Shown piece after piece: positions 11,371-20,954 of a stretch of DNA of 64,000 bases. The translations under genes and the position numbers were made by a program. The stretch comes from an uncultured Candidatus Peribacteria bacterium (GTDB taxonomy: Bacteria; Patescibacteriota; Gracilibacteria; UBA1369; UM-FILTER-53-11). The notes beneath the pieces were generated by a model. The model did not search any database. It saw nothing but the letters and a program-made list of their open reading frames with translations, and was not told where the DNA came from. Every line of letters starts with the position of its first letter. Position 1 is the first letter of the stretch. The stretch spans positions 488 to 64,487 of the forward strand of contig CAYHBN010000001.1 of assembly GCA_964354865.1 (NCBI GenBank), read 5' to 3'.

Positions 11371-12795
11371 ATGCGATACCACTACATAGCCTTGAGTCAA
11401 GACTCTCGTGAGTTAAGCGGGATTATTGAAGCTGCCGATGAGCCACAGGCACGAGTAAAACTCAATGAGTTAGGCATGTCTGTCGTCTCGCTCACCGTGG
11501 TGAATGAAGATGTTCCGCTTGTGGCGAAAAATGCCGGAGAACCAGGTACAAAAGTGGCCTCGCCGCTTTTTGAATTTGAAGCGTTTGATCAAAATAATAA
11601 AAAAGTTGTTGGCACCATTGCCGCGCAAGATGACTTACGCGCATTCACACGGTTATTGAATGAATATCGACTTTCTGTTTACTACATTGCAAATAGCACA
11701 CTCGACTCTGCGAGCAAGAAAAAAGCCCGCACCCTCGGTACTGCCGAGTTGCAAACAAGGTATGATAAAGAAAAAACTGTGAGCAACACACCGAAGAGCA
11801 GCATGCTTTCTCTTCAGTCAAATGATAAAAATAATCAAGCAGCTGCAGCTGATGAAGCTGCAAAAAACGAGGCTGAAAAAAATCAGCTTGTTAAAATTGT
11901 TGACGAAACAATTGCACGTATAAATGTTTTCTTACAGACAAATGGAGCACTTATTAAACAAGAAGAACGAGATATAATTACGAGTGACATAAATCAACTA
12001 TTGCGTATTAAAGACTCTTCTAATCTTGAACACACAAAAGCTACGTGTGAAAAAATGCTTTCGCATATTCAGAAACAAGAGCTCTTTATTAACGAAAGAG
12101 AAAAAATCAAAGAAAGCGCTCAACTGAAACTCGAAACAAGTAAGCTTCTCGACGAACTCAATGCAGGTAGTCTGCAAAAGTCGATTTATATAAATGACAT
12201 TATCTCTAAATGGGCCAAAAATCCTTTATTTAAATACATAGCCTCAATTTTTCAAACGTGGTTTCCGCCCCTGACCGATGTCATGAGAGATAAAAAAGCC
12301 CAGATTGCAACCACTCAAAGTCACATTGTTACCTATACAAAAACCCTCATCTTTGGCTCATCGACAGCATTACGAGCTGAAGCCTGGGAATCAATCAAAT
12401 CACTTCGCACCCAAAAAAAACGACTTCAACTTGAATTTAAAGCACTTGTTTATGAAGAGTCGCGCATTTTTGAAGCACATTCACAGATTGACAAAAAACA
12501 AGATTCAATGGCTTACGGCTCTCTCTCGGGTTTTTTGATGAGTTTTTACCTTGTCACTTACTTTTTGAGTTTTCCTTTTACAATAAAGAAGAATCCACTA
12601 TCTGCGACTTTTCCCGATAGCATCTTTTTTTATGGGACAACATATATTAAGGCACTAACGCTAGTGCTTTTTATGTATTATTGCGTGAAAACTTTCTTTA
12701 GCCAAAACCCCCGCTATAATAACGCAGTCGCAAAATCTATAGGCTCTGTATTGGCTGCAGCCTGTTATCTACTTATTGCGGTGAACCTCTTTTAA
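11371..12795 (+). CDS. hypothetical membrane protein with two GspF/PilC-N-terminus-like modules
   Basis: 474 aa. Residues 1-45 and about 65-108 each fit the [FY]xYxAxxxxGxxxxGxIxAxxxxxAxxxLxxxG pattern found at T2SS-F/PilC N-termini. Coiled-coil middle. Three C-terminal hydrophobic helices. Confidence 0.55.
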   Translation: MRYHYIALSQDSRELSGIIEAADEPQARVKLNELGMSVVSLTVVNEDVPLVAKNAGEPGTKVASPLFEFEAFDQNNKKVVGTIAAQDDLRAFTRLLNEYRLSVYYIANSTLDSASKKKARTLGTAELQTRYDKEKTVSNTPKSSMLSLQSNDKNNQAAAADEAAKNEAEKNQLVKIVDETIARINVFLQTNGALIKQEERDIITSDINQLLRIKDSSNLEHTKATCEKMLSHIQKQELFINEREKIKESAQLKLETSKLLDELNAGSLQKSIYINDIISKWAKNPLFKYIASIFQTWFPPLTDVMRDKKAQIATTQSHIVTYTKTLIFGSSTALRAEAWESIKSLRTQKKRLQLEFKALVYEESRIFEAHSQIDKKQDSMAYGSLSGFLMSFYLVTYFLSFPFTIKKNPLSATFPDSIFFYGTTYIKALTLVLFMYYCVKTFFSQNPRYNNAVAKSIGSVLAAACYLLIAVNLF

Positions 12796-12799
12796 TTCC

Positions 12800-13669
12800 A
12801 TGTATCCCATTCTGTTCGAACTTGGTTCGGTAATCATTTACTCACTGTGGTTTTTCGTGACTATTGGATTCATCGTGGGCTCAATAGTTTTTACAAATTT
12901 ATGTAAGCGCAATCGTGTCGCTATTTCGCTCTTTACGGACAACGCGTTCAGTATCTTTCTTACCGGTCTTTTGTTCGGAAGAATAACGTATGTGCTCTTT
13001 CATTGGAGTTCATTCTTTTTTTCATATGATGTTCAAGAATTTTTAGGATTACTAGGCATCTGGGACAAAGGAATATCTTTCTGGGGAACAGTCATTGGAG
13101 TATTTTTTGCACTCTATCGAAAAAGAAAAAACACCGAAGAACCACTCTTAGCATTGCTTGATCAACTTGCTCCTGCGCTGCTCGTTGGTATGATGTTCGG
13201 TGAATTCGGCGCCTTCTTAGATGGATCCCTCTATGGAACGCCTACTACACTGACCATTGGTGTGACCTTTAAAAGTGCGTATGTAAAATATATTTCCCCC
13301 ATTCATCCGACACAGCTGTACGCATTAGCATACACGACGATTATTTTACTTTTGACACTACACCTTTTGAAAAAAAGCCGCAGTGCAACAGTTCACGGGA
13401 TTGTAACAGAAGTGACCATGACACTCATGAGTGCAGGTATTTTTATAGAAGAATTTTTCAGAGGAGACGATGTATTCACCCTTTTTGGTATTAGAATGGG
13501 ATTTTATGTAAGTGCGATTATTTTTATTTTTGGTGTAATACTTTTGAGAAAAAGAATCAAAAATCCCGAGCTATATGACCCCGATGGAGTGCTCTGTTGT
13601 GTTACTTCACCTCTGAAGTCACTGTTGGCGAGGCTGCGCTTGCGCTCAAAGAAGTTGCCGGTTCAATAA
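12800..13669 (+). CDS. lgt: prolipoprotein diacylglyceryl transferase (Lgt)-like
   Basis: Colinear with E. coli Lgt blocks: GRITYVLF, IWDKGISFWGTVIG, GEFGAFLDGSLYG, HPTQLYA, EFFRGDD. Several positions that are catalytic in E. coli look substituted (SFHGG to SFWGT, GRLGNF to GEFGAF), so activity is uncertain. Confidence 0.6.
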   Translation: MYPILFELGSVIIYSLWFFVTIGFIVGSIVFTNLCKRNRVAISLFTDNAFSIFLTGLLFGRITYVLFHWSSFFFSYDVQEFLGLLGIWDKGISFWGTVIGVFFALYRKRKNTEEPLLALLDQLAPALLVGMMFGEFGAFLDGSLYGTPTTLTIGVTFKSAYVKYISPIHPTQLYALAYTTIILLLTLHLLKKSRSATVHGIVTEVTMTLMSAGIFIEEFFRGDDVFTLFGIRMGFYVSAIIFIFGVILLRKRIKNPELYDPDGVLCCVTSPLKSLLARLRLRSKKLPVQ

Positions 13670-14957
13670 TCGTATTAATTATTTCAGAGATGCTCGATGA
13701 TCCTTTATTCAGAGGATCAAAGTTAAGCGTGAGTTCTTTCTTCTGACTCGTTGTTAACCACGAGAATCCATTATTTTTGCTTAAAAGATAGGGTTCATCA
13801 AGAGTATCAATTACAAGGCAAGACTCTCCCCATTGATCGCATACAGAGAGCGTATTTGTTCCATTTACCAAGAGAAGCCAAAAAGTATCACCCAATCTTC
13901 TTACCAAAGAAGCGTGTTCAAAAATCGGCGCTGATTGAAAATGCTGATATGTTTTTTTCTTCAAATCCATAAGAACCAATTCCCCATCTTGAATAAACTG
14001 AAAACTATCATCTTCATCGATAAGTGCGGCGCTTGCTATATCGCTAAAAAGTTTTTCACCACGAGCATCAGCTACCAGTATAGAAGAGACTGATTTTATG
14101 TTTTTTTCATTAGTCCTATCTTCTACAACAAGAGTAAAAAGGTAGTTTGATTTACCGCGTTGAACATCGGTGATTGCGGTTAATTCGTATGGCGCAGCTA
14201 TCGTTAATGGCTTAGCAAAGTCAGTCTCTGAATCAGCTGAAGATTCTATAAGAGTTAATTCGCCCTCATCATTAATTACAAAGAGCGTTTCTTCAAACTC
14301 AAACATATCGCGAATTTCTGCCAGCTTCACCAGATTTTTTTTATCTGTTACTGCCCATACTACTGAATCGGTGCCCAAGACAAAAAGCGTTTCATTAACA
14401 TATGCAAACTTTTTAATTTTTTTAATGGTAAAAGGACTTTTGAGAATGAAAGTTGATTTCTCTAAAGCTTCGCCGCGATTAAAAATGTGCACGGTTAATG
14501 ATTTTTTATCAGCATCTATACCAAAAAGGTGAGACTGATTACTCCTGAGGTCAGTAAAAACTTTCGAAGTCTCTTCATCTTTTCTCAAAATATCAGTCGA
14601 GGTAGAAATTCCAGTACTCGGAATCAACCACGGTCTCCCCAGCCTAATCAATTCATCCGCTTTGAGAAAAATCGATTTTTGCCAGGTGTGAAAGCCATCT
14701 TGTGAAAGTGCAACGGTATACGAACCGGGCACGAGCCTAAGCTCGTTCTGTGCAGGAATTTGTGGTTGACCATCGAGAGATTGATTAAAATCAGACATAG
14801 AACCGTCGAAAAGAATCACACTTTTTCTCACAATTTGCTGAGAAGAAGTATCAAACTGATATCCATACACAAAAAAGATGGCGATGACCAACGTTATAAC
14901 AAAAACAACAACAGTACCAATTCTCAAAACTTTGGCTTGGGCTTCGCCTCCATTCAT
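13602..14957 (-). CDS. hypothetical N-terminally anchored protein (PEGA-like segment)
   Basis: 451 aa. N-terminal TM (IGTVVVFVITLVIAIFFVY). LRLVPGSYTVALSQDGFHTWQKSIFL resembles a PEGA domain. The 3' end overlaps the lgt-like gene by 68 nt (convergent). Confidence 0.6.
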   Translation of the reverse strand: MNGGEAQAKVLRIGTVVVFVITLVIAIFFVYGYQFDTSSQQIVRKSVILFDGSMSDFNQSLDGQPQIPAQNELRLVPGSYTVALSQDGFHTWQKSIFLKADELIRLGRPWLIPSTGISTSTDILRKDEETSKVFTDLRSNQSHLFGIDADKKSLTVHIFNRGEALEKSTFILKSPFTIKKIKKFAYVNETLFVLGTDSVVWAVTDKKNLVKLAEIRDMFEFEETLFVINDEGELTLIESSADSETDFAKPLTIAAPYELTAITDVQRGKSNYLFTLVVEDRTNEKNIKSVSSILVADARGEKLFSDIASAALIDEDDSFQFIQDGELVLMDLKKKTYQHFQSAPIFEHASLVRRLGDTFWLLLVNGTNTLSVCDQWGESCLVIDTLDEPYLLSKNNGFSWLTTSQKKELTLNFDPLNKGSSSISEIINTIIEPATSLSASAASPTVTSEVK

Positions 14958-14968
14958 AGATGTTGGGC

Positions 14969-15472
14969 TTATTTAATCTTAATGATCTTGTATTCGATCA
15001 AACCAGCTGGAGCTGATACTTTTACAATATCACCGGTCTTTCTTTCAAGAAGAGCTTTTCCAACAGGAGATACATTTGAGACTTTATGCTGTATAGGATC
15101 AGCTTCAGTCGAACCAACGATAGTATATTCTTCTTCGTCTGATTTTTTATTCGACATGTTTTGAATCACAACCGTTGAACCAAGTTGTACGCTTGCGGCT
15201 TTGTGACTTGAGCTGTCAATAATTTTTGCGTATTTGATCTTCTCCTCTATTTCAATAATTCGGCCTTCAACAAAAGCTTGCTCATTTTTAGCCTCTTCGT
15301 ACTCAGCGTTTTCAGAGAGATCTCCGTAACTGATTGCTTCTTTAAGGCGTTCAGCTACCTCGACACGTTTAACATCTTTAAGATTTGTAAGTTCTTCTTT
15401 AAGTTTTTCGAGACCTTCTTTCGTTACTAAAATGAATTTGTCATCTGATATTGTTGCTTGTGAATCTTGCAT
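14969..15472 (-). CDS. greA: transcription elongation factor GreA
   Basis: 167 aa. N-terminal coiled coil (LTKEGLEKLKEELTNL...EAISYGDLSENAEYEEAK) and a C-terminal GreA/B domain. Confidence 0.9.
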   Translation of the reverse strand: MQDSQATISDDKFILVTKEGLEKLKEELTNLKDVKRVEVAERLKEAISYGDLSENAEYEEAKNEQAFVEGRIIEIEEKIKYAKIIDSSSHKAASVQLGSTVVIQNMSNKKSDEEEYTIVGSTEADPIQHKVSNVSPVGKALLERKTGDIVKVSAPAGLIEYKIIKIK

Positions 15473-15530
15473 GGGAGGGAGAGTTAGAGATTTAGGGAGT
15501 CAGAGAACTAGAGAGAGAGTTCTCAGGGAA

Positions 15531-16670
15531 TTAGAGAGCAAGTGGGCGGATTTTAACGCTTTTTGGATGTTCTTTCAACTTTTGTAACACTTTCGCTTCG
15601 ATCTGACGAATGCGTTCGCGAGTAACACGAAATTCCTGGCCGACCTCTTCAAGGGTATGGCCAACACCATCTTTTAAGCCAAAGCGCATTTCTATAATCT
15701 TTTTCTCACGAGGAGAAAGATACTGAAGCATTTCGTGAATATACTCTTTAATCAATTGGCGGTTTGTCGCTTCTGCAGGTGATAATGCCTCGTCGTCTTC
15801 AATAAAGTCACCTAGTTTCGAGTCTTCTTCGGTACCAACCGGCGCTTCGAGAGAAACGATATCTTGAGAAATTTTCAAAATGTGACGAACTTTCTTTTCG
15901 TCCATATCCATTTCAGCAGCGAGCTCTTCTACAAGCGGTTCACGACCAAGTTCTTGTACCAAGCGGCGCTGTGCGTGCGTGAGCTTATTGATAGTCTCAA
16001 CCATATGAACCGGAATACGAATGGTTCGTGCTTGATCGGCAATAGCACGAGTAATAGCCTGACGAATCCACCATGTTGCATAGGTAGAAAATTTAAAACC
16101 ACGATCTGGATCGAACTTTTCAACGGCTCTAAACAAACCAATATTCCCCTCTTGAATAAGATCCAAGAAAGAAAGTCCACGGCCGATATATTTCTTTGCG
16201 ATAGAAACAACCAAACGAAGGTTAGCCTCAGCCAACTTTTGCTTTGCAGATTGGTCATTTTTGCGAATACGTTTTGCAAGTTCAATTTCTTCTTTTGCAT
16301 TCAACAGTTTCACCTTTCCGATTTCGCACAAATACATACGAATAGAATCATTTGCGATTTCTGATAATTCGGCGGTTGCTTTTACCGGATCTTCAACTGG
16401 TTCCTCCACATCTTGATCACCACCTTCATCTTTCCAAATCATGCTGTCTTTTACATCGAGAACTTCGATGCCAAGCTCCATGAAAAGGGTATACAGCTCA
16501 TCTAAAAGAACCACATTTGCTTCGAGGTTGGGGACTGCTTTTAATAACTCTTGTTGAGTTACGAATTTCTGTTCTCTACCTTTTTTAATGAGTTCTTGAA
16601 CTGCTTTAGGGAAACGTGCGAGTTGTTCGTCACTAGGACCAGAGATAAACTTCTTAATTTTTTTAGCCAT
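15531..16670 (-). CDS. rpoD: RNA polymerase sigma-70 factor RpoD
   Basis: Region 2 ([39 protein letters not shown]), region 3, and region 4.2 ([20 protein letters not shown]). Confidence 0.95.
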   Translation of the reverse strand: MAKKIKKFISGPSDEQLARFPKAVQELIKKGREQKFVTQQELLKAVPNLEANVVLLDELYTLFMELGIEVLDVKDSMIWKDEGGDQDVEEPVEDPVKATAELSEIANDSIRMYLCEIGKVKLLNAKEEIELAKRIRKNDQSAKQKLAEANLRLVVSIAKKYIGRGLSFLDLIQEGNIGLFRAVEKFDPDRGFKFSTYATWWIRQAITRAIADQARTIRIPVHMVETINKLTHAQRRLVQELGREPLVEELAAEMDMDEKKVRHILKISQDIVSLEAPVGTEEDSKLGDFIEDDEALSPAEATNRQLIKEYIHEMLQYLSPREKKIIEMRFGLKDGVGHTLEEVGQEFRVTRERIRQIEAKVLQKLKEHPKSVKIRPLAL

Positions 16671-16676
16671 AGAGAG

Positions 16677-18554
16677 TTACGTGTGAATTGAAAGTCTGTG
16701 TTCGTACGAGAGCAAGTGTTCGTACTCTGCAAGTATCTGCTCCTTTTGCTCGTTGCTAGGAGAGGTTCTCAAGTTGTTAAGGTACTGCGCTTTTTGCTGT
16801 GATACGTATGAACGAGCAAGTTGGAGAGCAATCGCAACCACTTCTTGTGCGGCGTCGTGCTCACTGAGCGTGCGTTCGGCATCGCTCTGCATTTGTTCTA
16901 CGTACAACATCAACATGTCTGCGCGTGCTTTAATCGCTTGTGCAGGCTCAATTTGCCCACCCGAGCATTGATTATACTGATCAAGAAGCCACCTGTAAAC
17001 ACTTTGAAGCTCCGGGTCAAGAAAAATTTCTGGAGTCACCATCTGATTGATAAGACTAAGACTAGAAGGATATGTCAACAGAAGTCCGAGTAAATACTCA
17101 CTCTTTTGCATTTTTTTTTCGTCTTTTTGCGCAGCCGTACGAGTATCAGGAGGAGGTACTGCTCGATCACCATGTGGTTCCTGTTTTTTCGAAAAAGCAT
17201 AACTACCTCGACGATCACCGGCAAATTGCGTTTCAGTTTTTGAATCTCGGTGCGATCGCTTATATTGCTGCAACTCGTTATAAAGGGCATCAACCGAAAC
17301 CAATAATTTTGAAGAAGCTTGCTTAATCCACTCATCGACAAACAGTGGGCTCTGCACGCGTGCAATAAAAGCGACAAGCGCCTGAGCGGCGGTAACGCGT
17401 TGATCGAGCCGCTCCGTGCCATAAATCGTGGCAAAATACTCAATTAAAAAATCTGACATCTGTTTTGGCTTTTGAATTGCATCAATAAATAACTGTGGAT
17501 TTTTCGTACACATTTCATCGGGGTCTTTTGCCAAGTCATCCCACACCGCAACTGCAATGTTAAAACCTAACGGTAGCGCTAAATCGAAGGCTCGGAGTGT
17601 AGCCTGTTTGCCTGCTGAATCGGCATCGAAAGAAAATATTAAAGTATCGGTGTGTCTTTTAATAAGTTCAAGATGCTCTTGTGTAAAGGCCGTGCCACTC
17701 GTCGCAACGACGTTATGAACACCTGCTTGGTACGCCGCAATCATATCCATATATCCTTCTACAAAAACGACTGAACCGGCGGTACGAATCGCATTTTTTG
17801 CCTCGAAAAATCCATATAAAATACTACTCTTATGATAAATCGGCGTTTCGGGCGAATTTAAATATTTTGGCTCGTCTTCTTTAGAAAGGGCACGACCACC
17901 AAACGCACAGACTTTGCCCAGCGGAGTCGAAATAGGAAACATCAAACGATTTCTAAATCGATCGAAGTGCACAGAGTTATCGGTGTTTCGCGAGAGCACA
18001 AGACCCGAAAGCTCGCACTCGTCTTTAGAAAATCCTTCTTTAATAAGGAGCCGATACAGGGCATCGCTATTACCCGTCGCCGGTGCATACCCAAGGTGAA
18101 AGTTTTTAATTGTTTCTTCACTCACACCGCGCGCCTGAATGTATGAAAGCGCATGAGAACCAACGGGACTTCGCAGCTGTTCTTCAAAAAAATACTGCGC
18201 TATTTCGTGCATTTCGATAAATCTATCTTTCTGTGATTTTTGTTCACGGATTTTTTCGCGCTGCTCATGAGAAACCGATGGCAACTCAACATGGGCTTTT
18301 TCAGCCAACATTTTGAGCGCTTCGACAAATTCTATTCCCTCAATTTCTTGTACAAATTTAAAGTGATCACCACCTTTTCGACAACCAAAACAATACGCAA
18401 GCTGCTTTTCGGTACTCACATAAAAACTCGGGCTTCTCTCGCTGTGAAATGGGCATAATCCTTTAAAATTTCGCCCCACTTTTTTAAGCTGCACATACTG
18501 AGCAACGAGGTCTTCAATGGGCAGACGATTTTTAATCTCTTGAACGTGATCCAT
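16677..18554 (-). CDS. dnaG: DNA primase DnaG
   Basis: Zn-ribbon CPFHSERSPSF...CFGC and a TOPRIM domain (VEGYMDMIA, FDADSAGKQA). I place the start at ATG 18554 (MDHVQEIKNRLPIEDL). The track ORF's extra 64 N-terminal codons run into the upstream gene. Confidence 0.9.
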   Translation of the reverse strand: MDHVQEIKNRLPIEDLVAQYVQLKKVGRNFKGLCPFHSERSPSFYVSTEKQLAYCFGCRKGGDHFKFVQEIEGIEFVEALKMLAEKAHVELPSVSHEQREKIREQKSQKDRFIEMHEIAQYFFEEQLRSPVGSHALSYIQARGVSEETIKNFHLGYAPATGNSDALYRLLIKEGFSKDECELSGLVLSRNTDNSVHFDRFRNRLMFPISTPLGKVCAFGGRALSKEDEPKYLNSPETPIYHKSSILYGFFEAKNAIRTAGSVVFVEGYMDMIAAYQAGVHNVVATSGTAFTQEHLELIKRHTDTLIFSFDADSAGKQATLRAFDLALPLGFNIAVAVWDDLAKDPDEMCTKNPQLFIDAIQKPKQMSDFLIEYFATIYGTERLDQRVTAAQALVAFIARVQSPLFVDEWIKQASSKLLVSVDALYNELQQYKRSHRDSKTETQFAGDRRGSYAFSKKQEPHGDRAVPPPDTRTAAQKDEKKMQKSEYLLGLLLTYPSSLSLINQMVTPEIFLDPELQSVYRWLLDQYNQCSGGQIEPAQAIKARADMLMLYVEQMQSDAERTLSEHDAAQEVVAIALQLARSYVSQQKAQYLNNLRTSPSNEQKEQILAEYEHLLSYEHRLSIHT

Positions 18555-18637
18555 GGGGGGAGAGAGGGAAAAGATGAGCAGAAGCGAAGATCCGAGAGGA
18601 CAGAGAGGAAAGGGAACAAAGAGGAGAGAGATTTTTT

Positions 18638-19675
18638 TTATTTTCTTGTGACACGCTTCTGCACCAATCCCATCACCACTGCGATACCGACAAATGCGGC
18701 AAGTTTCGTGACTGTAGAGGGCAAAAACAGGGCAACCGCACCACACAGCATACAGACGACATATATAAAGACAAGCGTTTTGCGTTCACTCAATCCTGCC
18801 TCAATAAGACGATGATGTAAGTGCGTATAATCACCTTTAAACGGTGACTGCCCCTTCATAATTCGGCGAACAATAACGATCAATGCATCGAGTACCGGAA
18901 AACCCATTACCAACAATGCCGTCGCCATTTTGCCACCAGCTAATATCGAAATTACGCCGATCATGAATCCTAAAAACATACTGCCGGTATCACCCATTAA
19001 TAACTTTGGAGGAGAAAAATCGAAGAACCAAAAAATGAAGGTAGATGCAGCTAAACCAGCGGACAAAATAATGACGAGTGTTTGGTCTACGACGTGAAAC
19101 TGCTTAAGCGACAATATGAGCAACGTCGCAAACGTAATCGTCGAAACGCCCGAGGCAAGCCCAGGAACTCCATCGAGCCAGTTCATGACATTCATAGAAA
19201 GTACTAACCACCCTACAACGAGGGCGGCCGAGAGAAGCCAAATTGTCTGGCCAAAAATTTGAATACTCATACCGTCGAGTAACAGTGGAGCCCCAAAAGG
19301 ATTTGAAAGCTGTTGAACCTGTACTCCACCCCACACCACAATCAGCGCTACCATTATCTGAACAGAAAGCCGGAATATGGGTCTTAGGCGAAATCGATCA
19401 TCGAGAAAGCTAACCAAGGTAATGAGTGTGCCAGCGAATAACACTGAAGCAAGCTTCAAACTAATTTCCTCACCCAATTGTTGAACAAAAAAAGTAGTCA
19501 ACAAAATGACGACCGGCAGAAAAACGAGACCAACACTATACGGGATTGGGGCTCGCGAAATGCCGTATTCATGCGGTTTATCGACGAGTCCAAGGCGAGG
19601 AAAAAGCTTTCGAGCAATTTTAATAAGCACGAAAGTCACAACTGCCGAAATGTACGCGATAAGCCAGGGTGACAT
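18638..19675 (-). CDS. glycosyltransferase family 4 polyprenyl-phosphate sugar-1-P transferase (MraY/WecA family)
   Basis: Polytopic membrane protein with NVMNWLDGVPGLASG and GDTGSMFLGF motifs. No MraY-specific PTMGG seen, so WecA-like is as likely as MraY. Confidence 0.8.
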   Translation of the reverse strand: MSPWLIAYISAVVTFVLIKIARKLFPRLGLVDKPHEYGISRAPIPYSVGLVFLPVVILLTTFFVQQLGEEISLKLASVLFAGTLITLVSFLDDRFRLRPIFRLSVQIMVALIVVWGGVQVQQLSNPFGAPLLLDGMSIQIFGQTIWLLSAALVVGWLVLSMNVMNWLDGVPGLASGVSTITFATLLILSLKQFHVVDQTLVIILSAGLAASTFIFWFFDFSPPKLLMGDTGSMFLGFMIGVISILAGGKMATALLVMGFPVLDALIVIVRRIMKGQSPFKGDYTHLHHRLIEAGLSERKTLVFIYVVCMLCGAVALFLPSTVTKLAAFVGIAVVMGLVQKRVTRK

Positions 19676-19681
19676 GGGCGA

Positions 19682-19690
19682 AGTATAGCA
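19682..19690 (-). promoter_or_regulatory. extended -10 (TGCTATACT) 6 nt upstream of the GT4 gene ATG; leaderless candidate
   Basis: The minus strand reads TGCTATACT-tcgccc-ATG. This is the same architecture as at htpX. Confidence 0.4.
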
Positions 19691-19784
19691 CGCGCAAAAA
19701 AGGACAATTACTCCAAGTGACTTGAGCGCAGTATAGGGAAAAATATTTTTTGTTCGTAATAGGTGAGCGCCGTTATTTACAGAA

Positions 19785-20954
19785 TTTTACTTTTTTATTT
19801 ATTATTGTATTTAACTCTTTTTATGAGTATGCACTTCTTGAAATATTCGGCGCAAATTTGCAAGTCATAAAGCTTGATATTATGGCCTTGGCTAGCCATA
19901 ATTAGCGCGTCGATAGATTGTATTATTTTATAAATATTCTGCTATGAATATCGAAACAATTTCAGACGGACAATTATACAAAATGTGCAGGAATTTTGGC
20001 TCACAGGCACTCGAAGCTCGTCGTAAATTTATCGGACTATTGCCAGAGGTAAATCGTCGCAGATTGTATGAGAAAAAAGGATTTTCTTCGATCTTTCATG
20101 TCGCGGCGGTGCTCGCAGGTGTGAGCAAAGAACAAGTGAGATTAGCTATAAACCTTGGTACGCGTTTTGAAAATATGCCTCAATTGAGAGAAATTCTCGT
20201 TGAAGGGCGCACGAGTATTAATAAATTGTCTCGAGTCGTCTCGATTGCAACGATCGAAAATCAAGCTGAACTTGCCGAAAAAGTACTGATTTTATCGAAA
20301 GTCGCGCTCGAAGTTTTTGTGCGAGATTATTTGATTGAAAAAAATCGTGAGGCGCAAAGTGCGTATGTGAATAACGAAATCGAAGAAGGACTTTTTACAA
20401 ACCAAAACGCCGACGTAGCAAGCGTTCAAAATCAAGATGGCTTGTATAAACCAGAAACCGAGGCAAAATGTCTGCCCGGGCAGACCAGTAATCCTATAAA
20501 TTCTGCAAAACCTGCCCAACTCATCAGCTACATTGAAACCCCTATGTTAAGCGATACCGTGAAACAGGCTCTCAACGAGCTGCAAGAAAAAGGAATTAAT
20601 ATTGATCAAATCATTTTAGAGGCGCTCGAAAAACGAAAAGCTGATTTAGCGCAGAGAACGGCGGTACAAATAGAAAAAGCAGAAGCAAAATTAATCGAGC
20701 AAATTGTCGAGGGGAAAACGATCTCACCTCACGTTCCTGTTGCTTCAAAACGGCTTTTAAAAGAGGAACACGGCGATCGTTGTTCTGTCCCATTCTGCAA
20801 AAACAAAGCAAAAGTTATTCATCACACTAACCGTTTTTCAATAAGTAAGTCTCATGATCCGCGTTATCTGGCTCCATTATGCGACCCGCATCATCAAATC
20901 GCACATGCGGTAGATGTGAAGGCGACGGAGATGCGAAAAAATAATGGCATTTAA
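19785..20954. repeat. copy A of a diverged ~1.2-kb inverted repeat (HNH-type gene plus ~160 bp upstream)
   Basis: Aligns by eye with the reverse complement of 35857-37030. The shared upstream blocks TTTTACTTTTTT and GAGTATGCACTT sit at matching distances from the ATG. Confidence 0.7.
19944..20954 (+). CDS. HNH-type nuclease domain protein (paralogue A)
   Basis: C-terminal CSVPFCKNKAKVIHHTNRFSISKSHDPRYLAPLCDPHHQIAHA fits an HNH/His-Me finger. The N-terminal helical region is shared with 35857..36870. Confidence 0.75.
   Translation: MNIETISDGQLYKMCRNFGSQALEARRKFIGLLPEVNRRRLYEKKGFSSIFHVAAVLAGVSKEQVRLAINLGTRFENMPQLREILVEGRTSINKLSRVVSIATIENQAELAEKVLILSKVALEVFVRDYLIEKNREAQSAYVNNEIEEGLFTNQNADVASVQNQDGLYKPETEAKCLPGQTSNPINSAKPAQLISYIETPMLSDTVKQALNELQEKGINIDQIILEALEKRKADLAQRTAVQIEKAEAKLIEQIVEGKTISPHVPVASKRLLKEEHGDRCSVPFCKNKAKVIHHTNRFSISKSHDPRYLAPLCDPHHQIAHAVDVKATEMRKNNGI

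Noticed and set aside
18555-18746. N-terminal extensions of track ORFs (dnaG to 18746, hppA from 50253, HNH paralogue B to 37059, porin-like from 25819, 54515 ORF, truB to 21805)
   Set aside because: The extensions overlap neighbouring genes or promoters, are Cys/Phe-rich nonsense, and lack counterparts in homologues. Internal ATGs give canonical N-termini.
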